DNA of 64,000 nucleotides from Giardia intestinalis (Eukaryota): NCBI GenBank assembly GCA_000002435.2, contig CM018792.1; one strand, 5' to 3'. Shown piece by piece: positions 60,354 to 64,000 of this stretch (position 1 is its first letter; each line of letters starts with the position of its first letter). The notes under the pieces were generated by a model. It saw only the letters and a program-made list of their open reading frames with translations, ran no database searches and was not told where the DNA came from. The position numbers and the translations under genes were made by a program.

Positions 60354-62396
60354 ATGTTCCAACTGATACCCCTGTTCGTGGCGAGCGCGCTCATGGCGGC
60401 CTGCCAGCCAGACGGGAACCATACAGCGACCTGCGCACAGAATAAGTGCGAGACGGTCGGGTCAGCCGAGATCTGCACCGAGTGCAGGGCCGGGGGCGTC
60501 CCGGTCGACGGCTTCTGCCGGCCCCCCGGCTCCCCCCAGGCCGCGGCGGCCGGGTGCACCCAAGCAGACGGGACTGCCCTCGACAAGACGGCAACCACCT
60601 GCGAGAAGTGCGGCGACGGGTACTTCCTCTTCATGGGCGGGTGCTACAAGACAACCGACGGGCCCGGCAGCGAGATATGCACAGCAGCCAGTAATGGAGT
60701 ATGCACTACTTGTAAGGCAGATAACGGCCTGTTCAAGAACCCTGCTACAGCACCAGAGAAAGGAAGGGAGTGCATACTCTGTCATGATGCCACGGGAGCA
60801 GATGGATATATGGGAGTCGAGGGCTGCGCTACATGTACAGCACCAACTAATAATAAGGGGGCAGCCACGTGCACAGAGTGTCAAGATGGGTACTACAACG
60901 ATGGTGGCGCATGTAAGAAGTGCGTTGATGGATGCATAGACTGCACCGGTGCAAATCAATGCACAACATGTGAGGACGGGAAATACCTGAAGAATAATCA
61001 ATGTGTAGATGCTGGTCAATGTGATCAAGGCACCTATGCAGACCCGACAACAGGCCAATGCAAGCCATGTGGAATAACTGACTGTGCCACCTGTGAGTAC
61101 AATGCAACTATTAGTCAACCACAGTGTAAGACCTGCAGTACTAGTAGTAACAAGATGGTGAAGACAGCGGCAGACGGGACGACCACTTGTGTCGATGATG
61201 GTGGATGTACAAATGGCAATACGCACTTTGTTGAAGGTACTAACCAAAAGCTTTGTGTCCCATGTGGTGATACTACAAATGGTGGGGTTCTAGGTTGTAG
61301 TACTTGCTCCTCTAAAACTACATGTACAAAGTGCCTCGACGGATATTACGATAATGATGATAGTCAAGATACAGCTACGTGTGTCGCTTGTGGTGGACAA
61401 AATTGTGAGACATGTGCTAAGGCTACGAGTGATAAATGCACGACCTGTAAGCCTGGATTCTTCTTGAAGGATAGCTCCTCTGGTGAGTGCATCTCATGTA
61501 GTGACACAGCAAATGGTGGTCGCGAAGGCTGCAGTGTCTGCTCGAATGATAGTGGATTCAAGTGCACTGACTGTAAGCCTAACTATAAGAAGCAGCTTAA
61601 TGGAGGAGCAGATGATGACTATACATGTGTGAAGACCTGTGAGGATGACACTGCTTGTGGTGGTACCTCTGGTGCTTGCGATGCCATAGTGATCAATGAG
61701 AATGGAAAGGAGCTTCACTACTGTTCATACTGTGGGGATAACAGTAAGTATCCTATAGATGGAAAATGTACAAATGTCAATGCTGGAAATACAGGATGCA
61801 CCAATAATGTCTGCAAGTCTTGTACTGCAGGGTACTTCCTCTATATGGGAGGGTGTTATAAGATTGGTGCAGAACCAGGCAACCTCATGTGCAAGACCGC
61901 TGAAGGTGGTAAGTGCACTGCTGTTAATGCCAATAATAGGTACTTCGTAGTCCCAGAGGCACAGGCTACTGATCAGTCTGTGTTGGCATGTGGCAACCCC
62001 CTTGGCACACTAGTAGGCACTGATAGTACCTCTAAGGCATATGTGGGGGTAGATGGCTGCTCCCAGTGTACAGCCCCAGTAGCTCTGACTGAGGCTGGTA
62101 TGGCTGCCGCTACATGCACCTCCTGTGACAGTGATAAGGTGCCCAACAAGGATGGCACCGGGTGTGTGCTGTGCTCTGTGGGTGATTGCAAGCACTGTGT
62201 GGTGGATGATGTGTGTGGGGAGTGCAGTGATGGATACAGTCTAGACAGCAGTGGGGCCTCCTGTGTGTCTTCTAGCAGTAATAGGAGCGGGCTCTCCACG
62301 GGGGCCATAGCTGGCATCTCCGTCGCTGTCATCGCTGTCGTGGGGGGCCTCGTGGGCTTCCTCTGCTGGTGGTTCCTGTGCAGGGGGAAGGCGTGA
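60354..62396 (+). CDS. variant-specific surface protein (VSP-B), 680 aa from the signal-peptide Met; the open frame extends upstream to 60165 through GC-rich sequence
   Basis: MFQLIPLFVASALMAAC signal peptide. Numerous CXXC. GGCY motifs. C-terminal GLVGFLCWWFLCRGKA. VSP 3' element after the TGA stop. Confidence 0.9.
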   Translation: MFQLIPLFVASALMAACQPDGNHTATCAQNKCETVGSAEICTECRAGGVPVDGFCRPPGSPQAAAAGCTQADGTALDKTATTCEKCGDGYFLFMGGCYKTTDGPGSEICTAASNGVCTTCKADNGLFKNPATAPEKGRECILCHDATGADGYMGVEGCATCTAPTNNKGAATCTECQDGYYNDGGACKKCVDGCIDCTGANQCTTCEDGKYLKNNQCVDAGQCDQGTYADPTTGQCKPCGITDCATCEYNATISQPQCKTCSTSSNKMVKTAADGTTTCVDDGGCTNGNTHFVEGTNQKLCVPCGDTTNGGVLGCSTCSSKTTCTKCLDGYYDNDDSQDTATCVACGGQNCETCAKATSDKCTTCKPGFFLKDSSSGECISCSDTANGGREGCSVCSNDSGFKCTDCKPNYKKQLNGGADDDYTCVKTCEDDTACGGTSGACDAIVINENGKELHYCSYCGDNSKYPIDGKCTNVNAGNTGCTNNVCKSCTAGYFLYMGGCYKIGAEPGNLMCKTAEGGKCTAVNANNRYFVVPEAQATDQSVLACGNPLGTLVGTDSTSKAYVGVDGCSQCTAPVALTEAGMAAATCTSCDSDKVPNKDGTGCVLCSVGDCKHCVVDDVCGECSDGYSLDSSGASCVSSSSNRSGLSTGAIAGISVAVIAVVGGLVGFLCWWFLCRGKA

Positions 62397-62406
62397 CTTA
62401 GGTAGT

Positions 62407-62413
62407 GAATGCT
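62407..62413 (+). promoter_or_regulatory. VSP polyadenylation signal AGTGAAT within CTTAGGTAGTGAAT, 10 nt after the VSP-B stop
   Basis: TGA CTTAGGTAGTGAAT. Same extended element as after VSP-A. Confidence 0.7.
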
Positions 62414-62461
62414 GTACAGTGATAGTGATAGTGCTATGTGGTGTGGGGGTGATAGTGATAG

Positions 62462-64000
62462 TATGAGACTCCTCTTCATGGGCGGGTGCTACAACAAGGA
62501 TGCACACCCTGGCAGTGAGATATGCACAAAGGCTGAGGGAGGACTGTGCACTGCTTGTAATACAGCTAACGGCCTGTTCAAGAACCCAGTTACACCATCA
62601 GAGAAGGGTAGTGAGTGCATACTGTGCTCTGATACGACAGATAGAAACGGGGTCATGGGAGTCGCTGGATGCTCAGAATGCTCCCACACGGGCACTAGCG
62701 GACCGGCCACGTGTACAGAGTGTCAAGCAGGGTTCGTTACGAAGGACAGTGCATGTGTGAAGTGCGGAGACGGCTGCTCTGCTTGCTCAGCTGATACTCC
62801 GACTCAGTGTACCGCCTGCGTTGAGGGGAAGTACCTGAAGGATGGTAACACTTGTGTAGATGCTGGTGGATGTGGTGCTGATAAGTACGCAGACAAGAAG
62901 ACCTGGACCTGCAAGGCATGTGATCCCGACATAGCTGGGTGCACCGCATGTGAATATAATGATGCCACGGGGAAGCCAAGGTGCACCAACTGCGGGACCA
63001 ATAAGACCCCCAGGACGACCCTTGATGGGACCTCGACCTGTGTGACAAAAGACTACGCCGGGTGTCAAGGAGCTGATAACGGTCTCTTTATGACCGAAGA
63101 CAACGTGTGTCGTTTGTGCAGTGATCCCGCAGCGTCGGATTCAGAACCAAAGAACAAAGGCATTGCCGGCTGCAAGACATGTACTAAGCAGCAAAGTCAG
63201 AAACCAGAATGCATAGAATGCCTCGAAGGGTATATCAAAGAAGGAAATGGCCCTGCCGCCACGTGTGAGGCCTGTGGTGCTAACTGTGCCACATGTTCTG
63301 AAAAAGCTGACAAGACCAAATGCCAAACCTGCAAGACCGGGTTCTTCCTGAAGGTCAGTAGCACTCCTGGAGAATGCTTCGCCTGCGATGACACAAACAA
63401 TGGGGGCATCGAGGGGTGCTCCCAATGCACAATGGAGGCCAGTACTTTCAAGTGTACTGACTGTAAGGTGAACTATCGCAAGCAGAGTGGTACCAGTCCT
63501 GTTACATGTACAAAGGTATGTGAAGATGATACTGCCTGTGGGGGTACCTCTGGTGCTTGTGATGCCATGATAATAGATGATCAGGGCACCACAAAGCACT
63601 ACTGTTCATACTGTGGGGATAGCAGTAAGTATCCTATAGATGGTCTCTGTGCTAGTGAGGCTCAAAGTAATACTTGTAACAACCATGTCTGTGAGTCTTG
63701 TACTACAGGATATTTCTTATATATGGGTGGCTGTTATAGCACTCAGAAGGCTCCTGGTAGCTTCATGTGCAAGACAGCAGGTAATACTGGGATCTGCACA
63801 GAAGCAGCCAACAATAGGTACTTCGTAGTGCCTGGTGCATCCAACACTGATCAGTCCGTGTTGGCTTGTAGCAACCCCCTAGGCACACTGACAGGCACTG
63901 GTGATACTGCTAAGGCATACGTGGGGGTGGATGGCTGCTCCCAGTGTACAGCCCCGACACCTTTGACTGGGGCTGGTATGGCCCCCGCTGTGTGCACAGC
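62462..64000 (+). CDS. VSP paralogue (VSP-C), 5'-truncated (no signal peptide); runs beyond the window end
   Basis: Manual translation from ATG 62462: MRLLFMGGCYNKDAHPGSEICTKAEGGLCTACNTANGLFKNP...CSYCGDSSKYPIDG...GYFLYMGGCY...YVGVDGCSQCTAP... with no stop to position 64000. Collinear with VSP-B from its GYFLFMGGCY motif onward. Confidence 0.75.

Overview
This window looks like Giardia intestinalis (lamblia) nuclear DNA. Three variant-specific surface protein (VSP) genes are present. Two of them have the hallmark C-terminus ...GFLCWWF(I/L)CRGKA followed by the conserved 3' element ACTTAGGTAGTRAAY. The third (VSP-C) runs off the window end, so its tail is not seen. Other evidence for Giardia: an NEK kinase fused to ankyrin repeats, a protein 21.1-type ankyrin gene, intron-less tightly packed genes, and divergent gene pairs separated by only 11-18 nt of AT-rich sequence. 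The layout is nearly symmetric. VSP-A (9185..13627, minus) carries eight perfect 516-bp internal repeats. A GC-rich spacer follows, then inverted-repeat arm IR-L (~15380..17126). A 35.7-kb block of ordinary housekeeping genes (17127..52837) sits in the middle. Then comes IR-R (~52838..58500), a second GC-rich spacer, VSP-B (60354..62396, plus), and a 5'-truncated VSP-C that runs off the window. The housekeeping block encodes an AP sigma subunit, a MORN protein, a DnaJ/C2H2 protein, SMYD, XRN1, kinesin, MAD2, Hsp110, two LSm proteins, two family-16 methyltransferases and others. Both VSPs are transcribed outward. Each IR arm carries, at its inner end, one complete tRNA gene that I fold by hand as Ile with anticodon GAU (16692..16764 plus; 53204..53276 minus). 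Beside each tRNA is a 15-bp microsatellite (x13). On the outer side is a tandem array of an 84-bp unit made of the 5' half of that tRNA plus a GC-rich spacer: 3 copies on the left arm, about 49 copies (~4.1 kb, interrupted by a C25 tract) on the right arm. I think this tRNA-containing inverted repeat bracketing a housekeeping island between outward-facing VSP genes is the most interesting structure here. Many overlapping ORFs in the GC-rich and repeat regions are stop-codon-free artefacts and are not called as genes.
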